From contig NC_043004.1 of assembly GCF_006345805.1 (NCBI RefSeq), positions 4,030,001 through 4,094,000 on the forward strand: a stretch of DNA of 64,000 bases, written 5' to 3'. Shown here in pieces: positions 25,040 to 38,214 of this stretch. The position numbers were made by a program, and so were the translations under genes. How positions within the stretch are numbered: position 1 is the stretch's first letter; every line of letters starts with the position of its first letter. The notes beneath the pieces were generated by a model. That model saw nothing but the letters and a program-made list of their open reading frames with translations. It was not told where the DNA came from and searched no databases. This DNA comes from Octopus sinensis. Lineage: Eukaryota.

Positions 25040-27185
25040 ACGTTGCAAGAAAAAAAAATCAACAAACAATCCGATGCTCTCCGATCTGATAAAGAAACGC
25101 TGCAAATCTTCAGCAAAAATCTTAAAATAAAACCATTTGGGAAGAAAATGATAATGAGAAAGTACGAATTAAAGCAGAATGGCAATTTGGTGAAGTAAAA
25201 AGTGCAGACGAAAGCCGCGCGGAAACGCCACTTCGAAAAACGATCCGGGTTCTTCAAAGATAACAGCATGTTTTAAAAATAATACAAAGAAGTTCGATAG
25301 ACATATTGGAAAGAACACAATGAAAAGAGAATTGTCTTCAGAGCATGACATTCTGGAGTTCTGGAGTAAAATTTAGGCAGTTGAAATGGAGCACAGCTGA
25401 GATACCTCCATGGATTAATAGGCAAAAAAAAAGACACTTGCTTTATAGAAGAGCAAATATGGGAAGAGATAAGAGTAGAAAATGTCAAACTCACATTACA
25501 AACGTACAGTAAATGGAAAACACCTGGCATGGATAAGACCCCATACTATTGGCTCAATGTATTTACAAACTCACGCAAGATACTAACTTGTTGCTACAAC
25601 GCAATTATGAAGGAACCGTAGATTAACCCCAGAATGGCTGGCCAATGGTGTCACTTTTTTGCTCCCCCAAAATGATGAAACAAAAGAACTAAGACCTTAA
25701 AAACTATAGACCCATAACGTGCCTTACAACAGTGTAAAAAATCTTAACATCTTTTCTAATGGAACGTGCATATGCTTTTCTTAATAACAACTTCATCCCT
25801 GATGAACAAAAAATATGTAAATGTGAGTCTTATAGAATGAGCGATCAACTGTTAATTAGCAGACTGATTTTTAAAGACTGCCACAACGGAAAAAAGCATC
25901 TCTCAGTGGCCTGGATAGACTACAAAAAGGCTTTTGATAGTCTTTCTCATAACTGGATGAAGGAATGCTTGGATGTGTTCAAAATTTCACCAGCGACCAG
26001 GAATTTTGTATCTCACACCATGAAGCTCCGGAAAACGACATTGATTCTCAACACTGACACTACAAATATAAACGTCGGACAAGTCAATATTAATCGTAGA
26101 ATAAGGCGGTGAGCTGGCAGAAACGTTAGCACGCCGGGTGAAATGCGTAGCCGTATTTCGTCTGCCGTTACGTGCTGAGTTCAAATTCCGCCGAGGTCGA
26201 CTTTGCCTTTCATCCTTTCGGGGTCAATTAAATAAGTACCAGTTACGCACTGGGATCGATATAATCGACTTAATCCGTTTGTCTGTCTTTGTTTGTCCTC
26301 TCTGTGTTTAGCTCCTTGTGGGTAGTAAAGAAATAGGTATTTCGTCTGTCTTTAGGTTCTGTGTTCAAATTCCACCGAGGTTGACGTTGCCTTTCATCCT
26401 TTCGGGGTCGATAAATTAAGCACCAGCTATGTACTGAGGTTCATCTAATTGACTGGCCCCCACCCCAAAAATTTCTGGCCTTGTACCTAGAGTAGAAAAG
26501 AATATTAATTGTGGAATGTTTCCAGGAGACTCATTATCTCCTTTCTTATTCTGCTTCGTACTGTTTCCTTTCAGCACACTCCCAAATATAACAACTCATG
26601 GACACAAAAACAGCTAGTCATCTTTTTATGAGTGACTTGAAACTGTTAGCAAATAATGCCAAACAAATGCACAATCAAACAATTTAGTGATAGCGTCAAA
26701 ATGGAAAATGGGTTTGACAAATGCGCCAAAGCTACATTCACCAAGTGAAAACTACTAAACACAAGAAGTATCACTCTAGATAGAGACTGCAAGATAGAAA
26801 AAAAAGAATTAGAATCTGAGGACAGTTTTAATGCGAGAGAAGACGGGGGAGAGATGCTGCAGAAGAGCACGAAACATTCTGAAAACCGAGCTGAATGCCA
26901 GAAACCAAACTAGCCATGCCGGTAGTTACACACACCTTCAATATTATAAACTGGTCCCTTTCTGAGATCAACAAAGTTGGTGTCAAAATAAGAAAGCTGA
27001 TAACACTGTATTGTATACATCATCCAAAGCAGACACAGGTCGAATATACCTCCCGAGAAAAGAAGGCGGTCTGGGGTTAATACAATCTCAACTCTCATTG
27101 TAAATTTCATCCATGGGACTTTCGGTCTACTTGCAACAAACAAACGACTGGATGTTAAAACAGGAAGAAACCAGGATGTTGCACT
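25040..27185 (+). mobile_element. R4/Dong-like LINE RT region, decayed, interrupted by a SINE dimer
   Basis: NYRPITCL; DQLLISRLIFKDC..HLSVAWIDYKKAFDSLSHNW; NINRGMFPGDSLSPFLFC across the SINE; FMSDLKL; VKIRKLITLYCIHHPK. Confidence 0.85.
26103..26500 (+). mobile_element. Dimeric family A SINE with 17-bp TSD
   Basis: Full monomer 26103-26335 plus a partial second monomer; TSD AATATTAATCGTAGAAT (26086-26102) / AATATTAATTGTGGAAT (26501-26517). Confidence 0.8.
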
Positions 27186-27239
27186 CAAAAAACGGAAAAA
27201 TACACCTCCGAGAAATGTAACTATACGAACCAGCCAGCC

Positions 27240-27410
27240 GCTATGATTGACCGCTAGCTCCAAAAGTTTTTTTTTATTCTGTCTGTTTATTTCTTCGTGT
27301 TCCTTTCTGTTGAAGAGCGTAGGCTCGAAACCCAAAAGACTTTCTCGCCTTCCCGAGCGTTAAACTTATACACCTGCCTTCGTCTTTTACTTTTCTCTAA
27401 ACTTCATCTA
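27240..27410 (+). repeat. Solo PLE pLTR-like repeat with degenerate HHR-like motif
   Basis: CTTT-CTGTTGA-A-GAGC GTAG GCTC-GAAAC-CC-AAAAG at 27303-27339; same family as 35184 and 57516. Confidence 0.55.
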
Positions 27411-28035
27411 TACGAACCAGTACCCGAAGAAACAGACGAAGCAAAACAAATAAAAGCCACAGCCAAACAAACCCACGATATCAGGAGAAATGGGAGCAAA
27501 GACCACTTCATAACAAATACCCGACTAGAATCAGGGTCCCTGATGAAGATCAAGCCCTTATTCATCGATAGCTGTCATGCTCTGGTCTCAAACTAGAAAT
27601 CATTGCTGCTCAGGACGAGTCCATTCCACCTGGGGATTACCAAAGAAATGTCCTGAAACATGGAAGCAGCTCATCAGAGACAGTCGACCACATAATCTGC
27701 GGATGCACCATCCTGGCCTTCTGCCAACAACTGCAACACATAGCTCCTCTCCATTGGACAGGTAAGATCTAGGACCTTTTCCACATCCTCCAGTTTCATC
27801 TGAGTAAGGAACTCCAGCGTATTCCCAAACCAAAACTCCATTCCAGTTCGTTTTACGTTGAGGAGGATGTCACACCAACTGCCACCATATATCGATCCCT
27901 GGTGAAACTCTCCCCTTCTCCCTAAATATGTTGAGTAGAAGATAATTTTTCCTATCTGTACCCCGTACACACACACAAACACACACACACATGCATACAC
28001 ACACACGCATACACCCCCCGCACGCACGCACACAT

Positions 28036-28069
<34 letters not shown>

Positions 28070-28101
28070 GCGCACGCACACACGCACGCATAAATATACA
28101 T

Positions 28102-28305
28102 TCTTTTATTCGTTTACTTGTTTCAGTCATTTGACTGCGGCCATGCTGGGGCACCACTTTGAAGAATTTTAATTAAACGAATCGACCCCAGTACTTATTT
28201 TATAGACCCTGGTACTTATTCTATCGGTCCCCTTCGACAAATCGCTAAGTTAAGGGAACATAAACACACCAACACCGATTGTGAAGTGACGTTGGGGGAC
28301 AAACA
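28102..28305 (-). mobile_element. Family B SINE 3' part
   Basis: TTGTTTCAGTCATTTGACTGCGGCCATGCTGG..TACTTATTCTATCGGTC. Confidence 0.7.
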
Positions 28306-28619
28306 CACACACACATTCAAACTTTTCAGATTTAATGCAATCCTTCTCACTTCTGCCGTTACTTGTTACATACATCACATTCAATGCCACCCACACGCAC
28401 ATTACTACACTACCAGCAGCGCCCTCACTGGTCACGCCCTGCTACTATTACCACCATTTCCTCCTTCCATCACTTCCGCCTCCGCAAACACACCCATCCA
28501 CATCTTTCCCAAACAACTTCCTGCCCAACACCTCGGACGTTAACCTACAAGAATATCGCAAGAATTGTTCCAGTACATTCTTGACAAAAGTCTATTTGCA
28601 ACGACAGATAACAAGGCCC

Positions 28620-28870
28620 TGTATCAACAGCAGCAGCAGCAACAACAACAACAACACAACAACAACAACACAACAACAACAACCCATACAAGCAACAACA
28701 TAAGCGTACAACATAAACACCTCAACCAACAGTAACAACAACGTCAACCTAAACAATAATATTTTCATGAACAAATGCAACAACAACAACACCTTAACAA
28801 CAACAACACCTTAACAACAACAACAACAACAACACTGCCACCGCCATCCCCAGCAACAACAACAACAACG
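28620..28870. repeat. Degenerate (CAA)n microsatellite
   Basis: Direct reading. Confidence 0.85.
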
Positions 28871-29246
28871 ATAATTCCATGAATACCAACTTACAATAGT
28901 CCCTGAATTTTCCTTTCACGCAATATTCCGCAACAATCATCCACAGATCAATACACTCGAAACAAACAAACATTATTGAGACGTTTGCAATAATACAGAG
29001 AATAGTTTCAATCTAGTTTTATAGAAATAGAACGAAATCCCACTTGACTCCCATCTTCCTGCGATTTTTAAACCGAACCAAAGAATTGGGCGACTTTATT
29101 TATTCCGTTTTTTATCTTTAGAATTATCTTAAATTATTTTGTACAATAAAATAGTGGAAAATCTGAGATAAAAACTGAAATATCTCTCTTCCTCCTCTCT
29201 CCCCTCTTTCCCTCCCTCGTTATGTATATATATGTATGTATGTATG

Positions 29247-29315
<69 letters not shown>

Positions 29316-29423
29316 ATATATCATATATATATACATACATACATACATGCATACATATATACATACACATACAGTCAGACACACACGGGTTTTTAGTTTT
29401 GTAAGAATATGAAAACAAATATT

Positions 29424-29456
<33 letters not shown>

Positions 29457-29536
29457 AGTGAGTGAGTCAGTAAGTGAATTCGTACATGTGCATTTATGCA
29501 TGTGTGCATGCACGCATATATATATACATATATATA

Positions 29537-29601
<65 letters not shown>

Positions 29602-29768
29602 AAAGTTGGTTTGTGAAAGCACGTGGGTGAATATATAGAAAATAGTAGAGTGAAAAAACGACAGAAGGCTTGAATGTTAAAAAATATATATATTTGCGTC
29701 AATATTTCTGAAGAATATTAGAAAATTTAAACAAAAATTTTTTTCCCTCTTATAATGACATAAATTAA

Positions 29769-29807
29769 AAGAAATACCGGTTTCGCGTGTAGCTTTTCAA
29801 ATTTCTT
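29769..29807 (-). ncRNA. Variant HHR-like motif (U3-A8 core) in PLE-2 inverted pLTR
   Basis: AAGAAA-T-TTGAAAA-GC TACAC GC-GAAAC-CG-GTA-TTTCTT. Confidence 0.5.
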
Positions 29808-32231
29808 GTGACGTTATGTTTATATTGCATGGAGTTATATTGCATGTTATCTTTCAACCAAACCTCTTTCTAACATAAAAATTGACATCCTCTCAAAAGG
29901 GCTCAAATTTACACCAACTCCACGCAGAGCCAACCTAAATGAAATCAAGGATAATATAACAGAATTTTGCAGAAAATTAAGACTAGCAGAAGCATCAACC
30001 AGTTTCAATACTGAAGATGAATCACTAGTCAAGAACAAAAGTGAACACATCCCACACAGAGGAAGAAATAAAGATCTTGACGAATTCTGTAACCACATTG
30101 AGAACTTTCCCTACCATACTATACATAAACAGAAAGCTAACTCAAATTTTAACACTACACAATGGAAAGAACTGATAGAACTTCAAAATGATGAAGATAT
30201 AACCATTAAGGAAGCGGACAAGGGAAATGCAGTTGTAATAATGGATACATCATACTACAGAAATCTTGTAATTTCCTTGCTTGATGACGACCTACATTAT
30301 GAAAAAATTACCAACTACACCCACAAAAAATAATGAAAACTCTATCTTCACTAATTAAAACCATGAAAAGGAACTGACAACCAAAGAGATTGACTTCCTA
30401 ACAAACTTTAAATGCAAACCTAGCCTTTTCTATGGTCTGCCAAAAATTCATAAAAGTCAAATTATAAATGAAACCATTAAAAAATCACCAAAGACATACA
30501 TACACACACCTAACCCGGGGGACCTAAAACTACGACCCATTGTAGCTGGCCCAACCTGTGAAACACACAGACTAAGTCTACTTATGGACATCCTCCTGAA
30601 ACCCTTCCTTAAACATATCGATAGCCATATCAGAGATGACTTAGATATGTTAAACCACCTTCCAAAAAAACCAGGAAGAAACAATCCTGGTTTCATTTGA
30701 TGTAGTCAACTTGTATACCAGTATACCTCATAATTATGGACTGGAGGCAATACAGTTCTGGTTAGACCAATTTCCGGAAGAAATACCAAAAAGGATCAGT
30801 AAAGAATTCATTACTAAATCAATTGAATTCATCCTACACAATAACCACTTCATGTTTGACAATACATTTTACCGTCAAAAATCCGGAATTGCTATGGGTA
30901 CAAGGGCAGCACCAGTCATTGCGAACTTAACAATGGGATACATGGAAATAATCATTTACCAGGAATCTTTATCAATCTTTGGAAACTCCCTCTCTCAATA
31001 CATAAAAGAGAATTGGAAACGATTCCTAGACGATTGTTTCATTCTCTGGAATGAAAACATAGATAAACTCCTAAAATTTAAAAACCTATTGAACAGCATA
31101 AACCCAAATATACAGTTCACAGTGGAATACAACCAAAAGGAGCTCCCGTTCTTGGATATACTAATTAAAAAAATTAACCTTAAAATAGAACAGACATTTT
31201 TTACAAAGCCACAGACGCCAAACAATACCTTCTTTTTAATTCATGCCACCCAAGACACACTAAAACAACATCCCCTTCAACCTTGCAATAAGGATATGCA
31301 CAATAGTGTCAGGACAAAATACCAGGAACTTTAGACTGCAAGAACTCAAAAACACCCTAATTGACAGACATTACCCAGCTCAACTCATAGAGGATGGGAT
31401 CAGACGTGCAACAGAAATCAACATAGAAACTTTAAGAAAAGTTCAACACAACAACACACCTTCCCCGAAAATACTACCTTACATATCTACATACAACCCC
31501 AGAAACAAAGAAGCCTTCACCATCATCACCCAGAATTTACCAATACTTCATAAAAACCCCAAATTAAAGGAAATTCTAAACATACACCAAATCATTAAAA
31601 GCTACAAACAGCCTAAATCACTTAAAAAGATTCTCACAAAGGCAAAATTGTCTTCTGAAATTACGGATGCAAAAGTAAAAAAATGTGGTAAATCGAACTG
31701 TGCAACATGCCCTAACCTGCTAGAAGGATCCGAATTCCTCTTTAAAGAGGGACAAAAATTCAAGATCAAATCTAACTTTACTTGTGCCTCTGAAAACATA
31801 ATTTATGTCATAAAATGCTCGGGCTGCCACCAAGACTACGTGGGTTCCACGGGACTATCACTCAGGCGTAGATGCACACTGCATCGACAACAGATTGCAT
31901 TCCCAGAATATAGAATGATACCTTTTAGTGAGCACATTGAGAAATGCGCAAAGCAACTACTGCCACAATTTTTAATCTTCCCATTTTACCAAGTGCTTTC
32001 GGATCATCAACACAAATGAGACTGAACAAGGAAACATTCTTCATTGAAAAGTACAAACCCAGACTCAACCATCCGAACATACTGACACAGAGAAATTCAC
32101 AAGGGAAAGGAAAAAAATTTTAAGCGATTATCTCCCTTACACCGGAAGAAACCACTCACTACCTCCCCTTATTTAGAAATCTCCTGAAAATAAACACAAC
32201 GATAACTCCATGCAATATAACATAACGTCAC

Positions 32232-32269
32232 AAGAAATTTGAAAAGCTACACGCGAAACCGTATTTCTT
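32232..32269 (+). ncRNA. Variant HHR-like motif (U3-A8 core) in PLE-2 3' pLTR
   Basis: Same as 29769-29807 but one G missing from ACCGGT. Confidence 0.45.
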
Positions 32270-32393
32270 TTAATTTATGTCATTATAAGAGGGAAAAAAA
32301 TTTTTGTTTAAATTTTCTTATATTCTTCAGAAATATTGACGCAAATATATATTTTTTAACATTCACAAGCCTTCTGTCGTTTTTTCACTCTAC

Positions 32394-32440
<47 letters not shown>

Positions 32441-32442
32441 TA

Positions 32443-32476
<34 letters not shown>

Positions 32477-32477
32477 C

Positions 32478-35317
32478 CCCGGCTGAGCTCTTGGCTCTTC
32501 GTTCCCTCCAACGGCGCGCTGACATTCATCATCAACCGGCTGACAAGGGTGGAGCTGTAGTGGTGTGGCGCGCGGACCTCTATAGGGCCGAGGCTTTCCG
32601 CCAACTCAATGACACCTCCTTCTATTCCCCTCTGCCCTCTAACCCCACACGTAGCTACCAACAGACGATATCCTCTACTGTCCACGACCTCATCTCGTCC
32701 TCCCGTCTCCCCCGCACCGCATCCAACCTAATTGTGCGAACCCCACGTACCCCCCACCATTTACTTCCTCCCCAAAATCCACAAACCCAACAACCCTGGC
32801 CGCCCCATCGTCTCTCGCCTGTAACTGCCCCACGGAGCTCATCTCTAAATACCTCGACTGTGTCCTTGCCCCCCTAGTGGCATCTCTTCCCTCCCACATC
32901 CACGATACCAACCATGCTCTCCGGCTTTTCAACTCTTTCTCCTTTCTCCCGGCTCCTCCAAAATCCTTTTTACTATGGACATCCAAAGCCTCTATACTGT
33001 TATCCCTCACACGAAGGACTGCAGGCCCTTCGACACTTTCTTGACCTCCGCTCTAACCCTGTACCTGACACCTCCACACTCATTCGTCTGGCCGAACTTG
33101 TCCTTACTCTGAACTGCTTCTCGTTCGCGGGCGAGTTCTACCATCAGGTCTCGGGAGTGGCCATGTGAACGCGAATGGGCCCCAACTATGCGAACCTGTT
33201 CGTTGGCTATGTTGAGGCCCAAATATTCTCTAATTTCACTGGTCCCACTCCTGAACTATATGGTCGTTACATTGACGACATTATCGGTGCCACCTCACTC
33301 TCCCCGCGAACATCTAGATTCCTTCCTCTCTTTCGTCCAATCTTTCCATCCAGCCCTCCACTTCACTTCCACTATCTCCAACCCTCTGTCTCCTTCCTCG
33401 ACATTCGGTTAGCATTCTTCACTCCACTCTTACCACCTCCATTCACTACAAACACACAGACTCACACTCATACCTCAACTTATCTTCCTCCCACCCAGAA
33501 CACACCAAGCTTTCCATCCCCTATTCCCAATTCCTCCGTCTACGTAGGCTCTGTAGTGACGACCATGACTTTGAGACTCAGTCTCAACGTATGGCTCACC
33601 ACTTCACCCTACGTGGATACCCCCTCACCACTATCCACACCGCCCTTGCCAGAGCACGGTCCGTGGACCGTGTATCTGCTCTCTCTCCCCGAACCCGCCC
33701 TGTAGTCTCCCGCCTCCCTTTTCCCCTCACTTACCACCCCACGACCCTACGTCTCCAACGCACCATTCTTCGAGCTTTCCGTCATCTCCAGTCCGACCCG
33801 TCCACTTCACACCTCTTCCCTAACCGACCCCTCCCCTCTTTCAAACGAGCCCACACCTTCGAGACCTTTTGGTCCATATCTCCTTCCCTGACCCTACCTC
33901 CCAACCCGGCTCGTTCCCCTGCTCCCGCCCACGTTGCCGCACTTGCCCTTACCTCGCCACACCACCCGCCTCACTAGCACCCACCATCGACCCTATCCCA
34001 TCATCCACTCCTTCACCTGCACCTCCAGCAATATTATCTATTGCATCTCTTGCTCTCTCTGCAATTCCTTGTACATCGGACAAACGGGACGCCGCTTGGC
34101 TGACCGGTTCGCGGAACACCTTCGTGACATCCAACCTTGCGAACGACACACCGGTCTCACGCCATTTCCGCTCCACCGGTCACTCCTTGCAACACCTATC
34201 TGTGTTCGGTTTGTCCTTACACAGAGGCCATCCGGATTCCCGTTTGCGCCGTGAACAGGAATTAATCTTCTCTCTTCGCTCTTATACGCCATTTGGTCAC
34301 AACTCTACCCCCCTCCTCATCTAACCCCCCCCTCCCCCCTCCTCACCTATCCTTCCCCCCGACCCCTACTTCTTCAGTCCTTCATCCTTTCACCCCTACT
34401 CCCCTTCCCTTCCTCTCCCTCTCTTTCTCCCTCCCTCCTTCCCTCTTCCCCTTCCCTCTGCTCCCTCACTCCCTCTCTCCCCTTCTCTCTCCCCCTCTCC
34501 CTCTTTCCTCCTTCCTCCCCCTCCTTCTCCCCCTCCTCTCTCTCCCCCCCTCCTCTCATCTTCCCCCATCTCCTCCCCTCTTCTTCCCCTCTTCTTCCCC
34601 TCCCCTTCTCTCCCCCCCTCTTCTCCTCACTACACCACACGACTTTACACATCACATCATATATGATGTGCCATACTAATACATACACCAACTAATACAT
34701 ACTAATACGTACTAATACATACTAATACATACTAATACATACACACGTCCAGACCCCTCATACGCACTTATACTCTCTCATACACACACACACACTTATA
34801 CATACTAATACGTACCAATACATACTAATACATACTAATACATACATCAACCCCATACATACGCACGTCCAGACCAATCCTACGCACTAATACTCTCTCA
34901 TACACACACACACACACACACACCCTTATACATACTAATACATACACCAACCCTATACATACACACGTCCAGACCCCTCCTACGCACTATTAGCTGGTCC
35001 TTCAACCCTATTATCAACCCTATTATCAACCCTATTATCAACCCTATTATCTCCCCTTATTTCGCTCTCGCGTCTCATGTTTGATCTTTGACCTCTGGCC
35101 GAAATCAGATCGCCATGTTGATTCGTTAGCTACTGCACGCATTTTTTTTCTCTCCTTCTTTCTGTGTTTTTTCTCTCTGTGTATCTTCTGTTGAAGAGCG
35201 TAGGCTCGAAACGTTAAAGACTTGTTTTATTTATATTTCCTGAGCGCCATACTAATACAATTGTTCGTTTGTTTTCCACCTGCCTTCATCTTTTGTCTAT
35301 TTTCATAAAGCTTCCCG

Positions 35318-35318
<1 letters not shown>
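32478..35318 (+). mobile_element. Penelope-like retroelement PLE-3 (C-rich lineage, 5'-truncated)
   Basis: PADKGGAVVVWRADLY; LPKIHKP; GVAM*TRMGPNYANLFVG; YGRYIDDIIG; PGSFPCSRPRCRTCPY; SSNIIYCISCSLCNSLYIGQTGRRLADRFAEH; 3' polypyrimidine tract, 10-bp TACATACTAA repeats and pLTR. Confidence 0.95.
35184..35220 (+). ncRNA. HHR-like motif with CUGUUGA core in PLE-3 pLTR
   Basis: TCTT-CTGTTGA-A-GAGC GTAG GCTC-GAAACGT-T-AAAGA. Confidence 0.45.
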
Positions 35319-35369
<51 letters not shown>

Positions 35370-35430
35370 ATATATATATATGCATGTATGTATGTATGTA
35401 TATGTATGTGTATGTATATATGTATATGAA

Positions 35431-35640
35431 GACGTATGGCTTAGTGGTTAAGGTGTTGCACTCGCAATTGCGAGGTCGCGGGTTCGATTCCCAGACCGAG
35501 CGTTGCGTTGTGTTCTTGAGCAAAGCACTTCATATCACGTTGTTCTGCGATCATTTCATGAGGTATCCGTTGCACCTGTACAGGTAATGCCAATTTGACG
35601 GAGGGAGTGAGCTTATGTGTGCACAAACATTTAATCTCTA
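35431..35640 (+). mobile_element. tRNA-derived SINE (family C)
   Basis: TGGCTTAGTGG..GGGTTCGATTCCC..TTCTTGAGCAAAGCACTT. Confidence 0.75.
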
Positions 35641-35715
35641 TAAACAAAAATCTGTATGGTTGGTCTGTAACAAATTGTCGAACCCTCGTACGTCGTCTAA
35701 CGACGGGAGAGTCCA

Positions 35716-35746
<31 letters not shown>

Positions 35747-35758
35747 GTTTGTGTGTAT

Positions 35759-35792
<34 letters not shown>

Positions 35793-36128
35793 ATATATAT
35801 ATATATATTATATTATATATATTATATATAATACAGTGTCCATTCAAACACATTAAGAGGTTTCCACCATAGAAATCCTTTACGCTAGAAAGAACAGCTA
35901 AAGTCCAAACCACTAATTAGGGATAAATTCTCGAAGGGAATGAAAAATAAAAAACATTTAGCATCTCTTTCCTGGACGCCAAAGATTAAATATATAAACA
36001 ACGAGGCCAATCCTGCATGTGCCTACTTGTTTATACATTTAATTTTTTTCAAATCCATATACATACATATACGTGTGTGTGTGTGTGTGTGTATGTATAT
36101 ATGTGTGCATGCACACACATGCATAAAC

Positions 36129-36237
36129 GGCTGAGCTGGAGCAACGTGAAATAAAGTGTCTTGCTTAAGGACACAACGCATGGCCGTGAATCGAGCTTGC
36201 GATCATGAGCCGAATATCCTAGCCACTAAATCACGCG
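36129..36237 (-). mobile_element. Family C SINE 5' fragment
   Basis: Reverse complement of the family C head and central domain. Confidence 0.6.
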
Positions 36238-36742
36238 TTTTCGTCCTTCTCCCATAAATACCGTTGAGAACGGCATGAACGTCACCGCTTCCCATTTTCA
36301 CCCTCAACACTAGACGTATTTAGAAACAAAACCAATATAACACACGTGACCCAGTGCTGAGGCTAGCGTCGCCTTTCATCATTCCAGAGTCACAAAAGTA
36401 AATTTTGAGTTAAATACTAAGATGGAGATAATTGAATCAAGCCATTGCTCTCCGGATTTAAGACCCTGTGCTTTATGCTAGTAAGTGTTTATGGTTCACA
36501 TGGCAGACGACACAGGCCTCCGTAATGTGACACTCGGCGAGTTTTCATTTAACACCTTTGAAAAATTGAACCGCTGACACCTCCCCAAGTAAAAATAAAT
36601 AAAAGCATTATTATTATTATTAGTTTAATTAAGATATTTGTTTATCTGTTTCTTTACTTTGGTATTTATATTTTATATTCTCGCTTGAAACAAATTGAAA
36701 ATTTACACACGGGCATATATGTTTATGTGTGTGTGTGCGTGC

Positions 36743-36759
<17 letters not shown>

Positions 36760-36778
<19 letters not shown>

Positions 36779-36907
36779 TCGCACATACACACACACACAC
36801 GCACCTACACACACACATGGTGTTGTGTACGTGTATGTGTATATATATATGTGAGTGGGGAATATGTTCGTGTGTATATAAATGAGTATACATACATACA
36901 TATACAT

Positions 36908-36938
<31 letters not shown>

Positions 36939-37023
36939 CATATATATATATACACATACATACATATACATATATATGTATGTATACATACATACACATA
37001 TATATGTATGTATACATTCATAC

Positions 37024-37060
<37 letters not shown>

Positions 37061-37225
37061 CTACGTACACACCGACATACTCATTTATATACACACGAAC
37101 ATATCCCCCACTCACATATATATACACATACACGTACACAACACCATGTGTGCGTGTGTGTGTGTGTGTGTATGTGCGAGTGTGTGTGTGTGTGTGTATG
37201 TGCGAGTGTGTGTGTGTGTGTAATC
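36760..37225. repeat. Long inverted repeat with microsatellite spacer
   Basis: 36817-36890 is the reverse complement of about 37075-37146 and the match extends into the flanking (CA)n/(TG)n. Confidence 0.8.
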
Positions 37226-37661
37226 CCCCCACACACACATGCACATTTCTGCTTCCGTCACCATTTTGATTGGGTCAATTACAGACATGAGAATCTAATG
37301 TCAATAGAATGGTCAGATTCGATATTTTAATTAAATTATTGATTTAATAAGTAGATGTCATGTTTTATACATACACACACACACACTCTCACACACACAC
37401 ACACACACACACAAATACACACACACACACTGATACACATTCATGATTTTTTTGTAACATTCTTTTTAAATTCGTACATACACAAACACACACCTATATA
37501 TGAGAATGCACACGCACATACACACACATTGTGTTTTTAACCATATCGGTAATGTTCTGTTCGAAATTGTCGCGGTATCGGTTAGGAAGTGGGTTTTTAC
37601 GATATATATACAGTTATACATACACGCATACATATATTATATGTGCATGCATTTGAGCATG

Positions 37662-37719
<58 letters not shown>

Positions 37720-38214
37720 TTATCTATATTTATGAGCACACATCTTTACATATATGTGTATTTGCGTGCCTTTACGCAGACGTATTCATGCATACACACA
37801 TACATACACGTACAGATACATACACTCATACATATATGCTCACATACATATACACATATCCATACATACATACACATACACACACACACCACACACACAC
37901 ACATATATATGTATATATAGTATATATTCTTCCGCACAGTAATGCACACGCATATATACACAAATATACACACGTACATACATTCATATATATACATACA
38001 CATATTCCTGTAATTATTGACTTATTAAATATCTATTGAATTATTTTACCAAATATTTATTAAATTATCGACTTATTAAATATTTGCGGAAATCAGTTAT
38101 TTGGCTGGTATTTATTAAATTATACAAAAGTTGTAAATTAACTGGTGTTATGTCACACAAAGGTGTGTGAAAATATTGGCGTGCTATTAAAATGGCGGCT
38201 TTTTGATTTGTTTA

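Larger units (their letters stand above)
29641..32397 (+). mobile_element. Penelope-like retroelement PLE-2 (5'-truncated, inverted 5' pLTR)
   Basis: LSKGLKFTPTP; IKEADKGNAVVIMD; LRPIVAGPTCETHRLS; DVVNLYTSIPH; GIAMGT; WKRFLDDCF; KKCGKSNCATC; NIIYVIKCSGCHQDYVGST (GIY-YIG); KYKPRLN; 29641-29838 is the reverse complement of 32203-32397. Confidence 0.95.

Noticed and set aside
27540-27880. CTGATGA motifs and the 77-aa/137-aa minus-strand ORFs
   Set aside because: No downstream GAAA/stem III and no recognisable protein motif; probably an unclassified repeat fragment
35003-35050. AACCCTATTATC repeats as telomeric sequence
   Set aside because: Only four 12-bp units, not (CCCTAA)n
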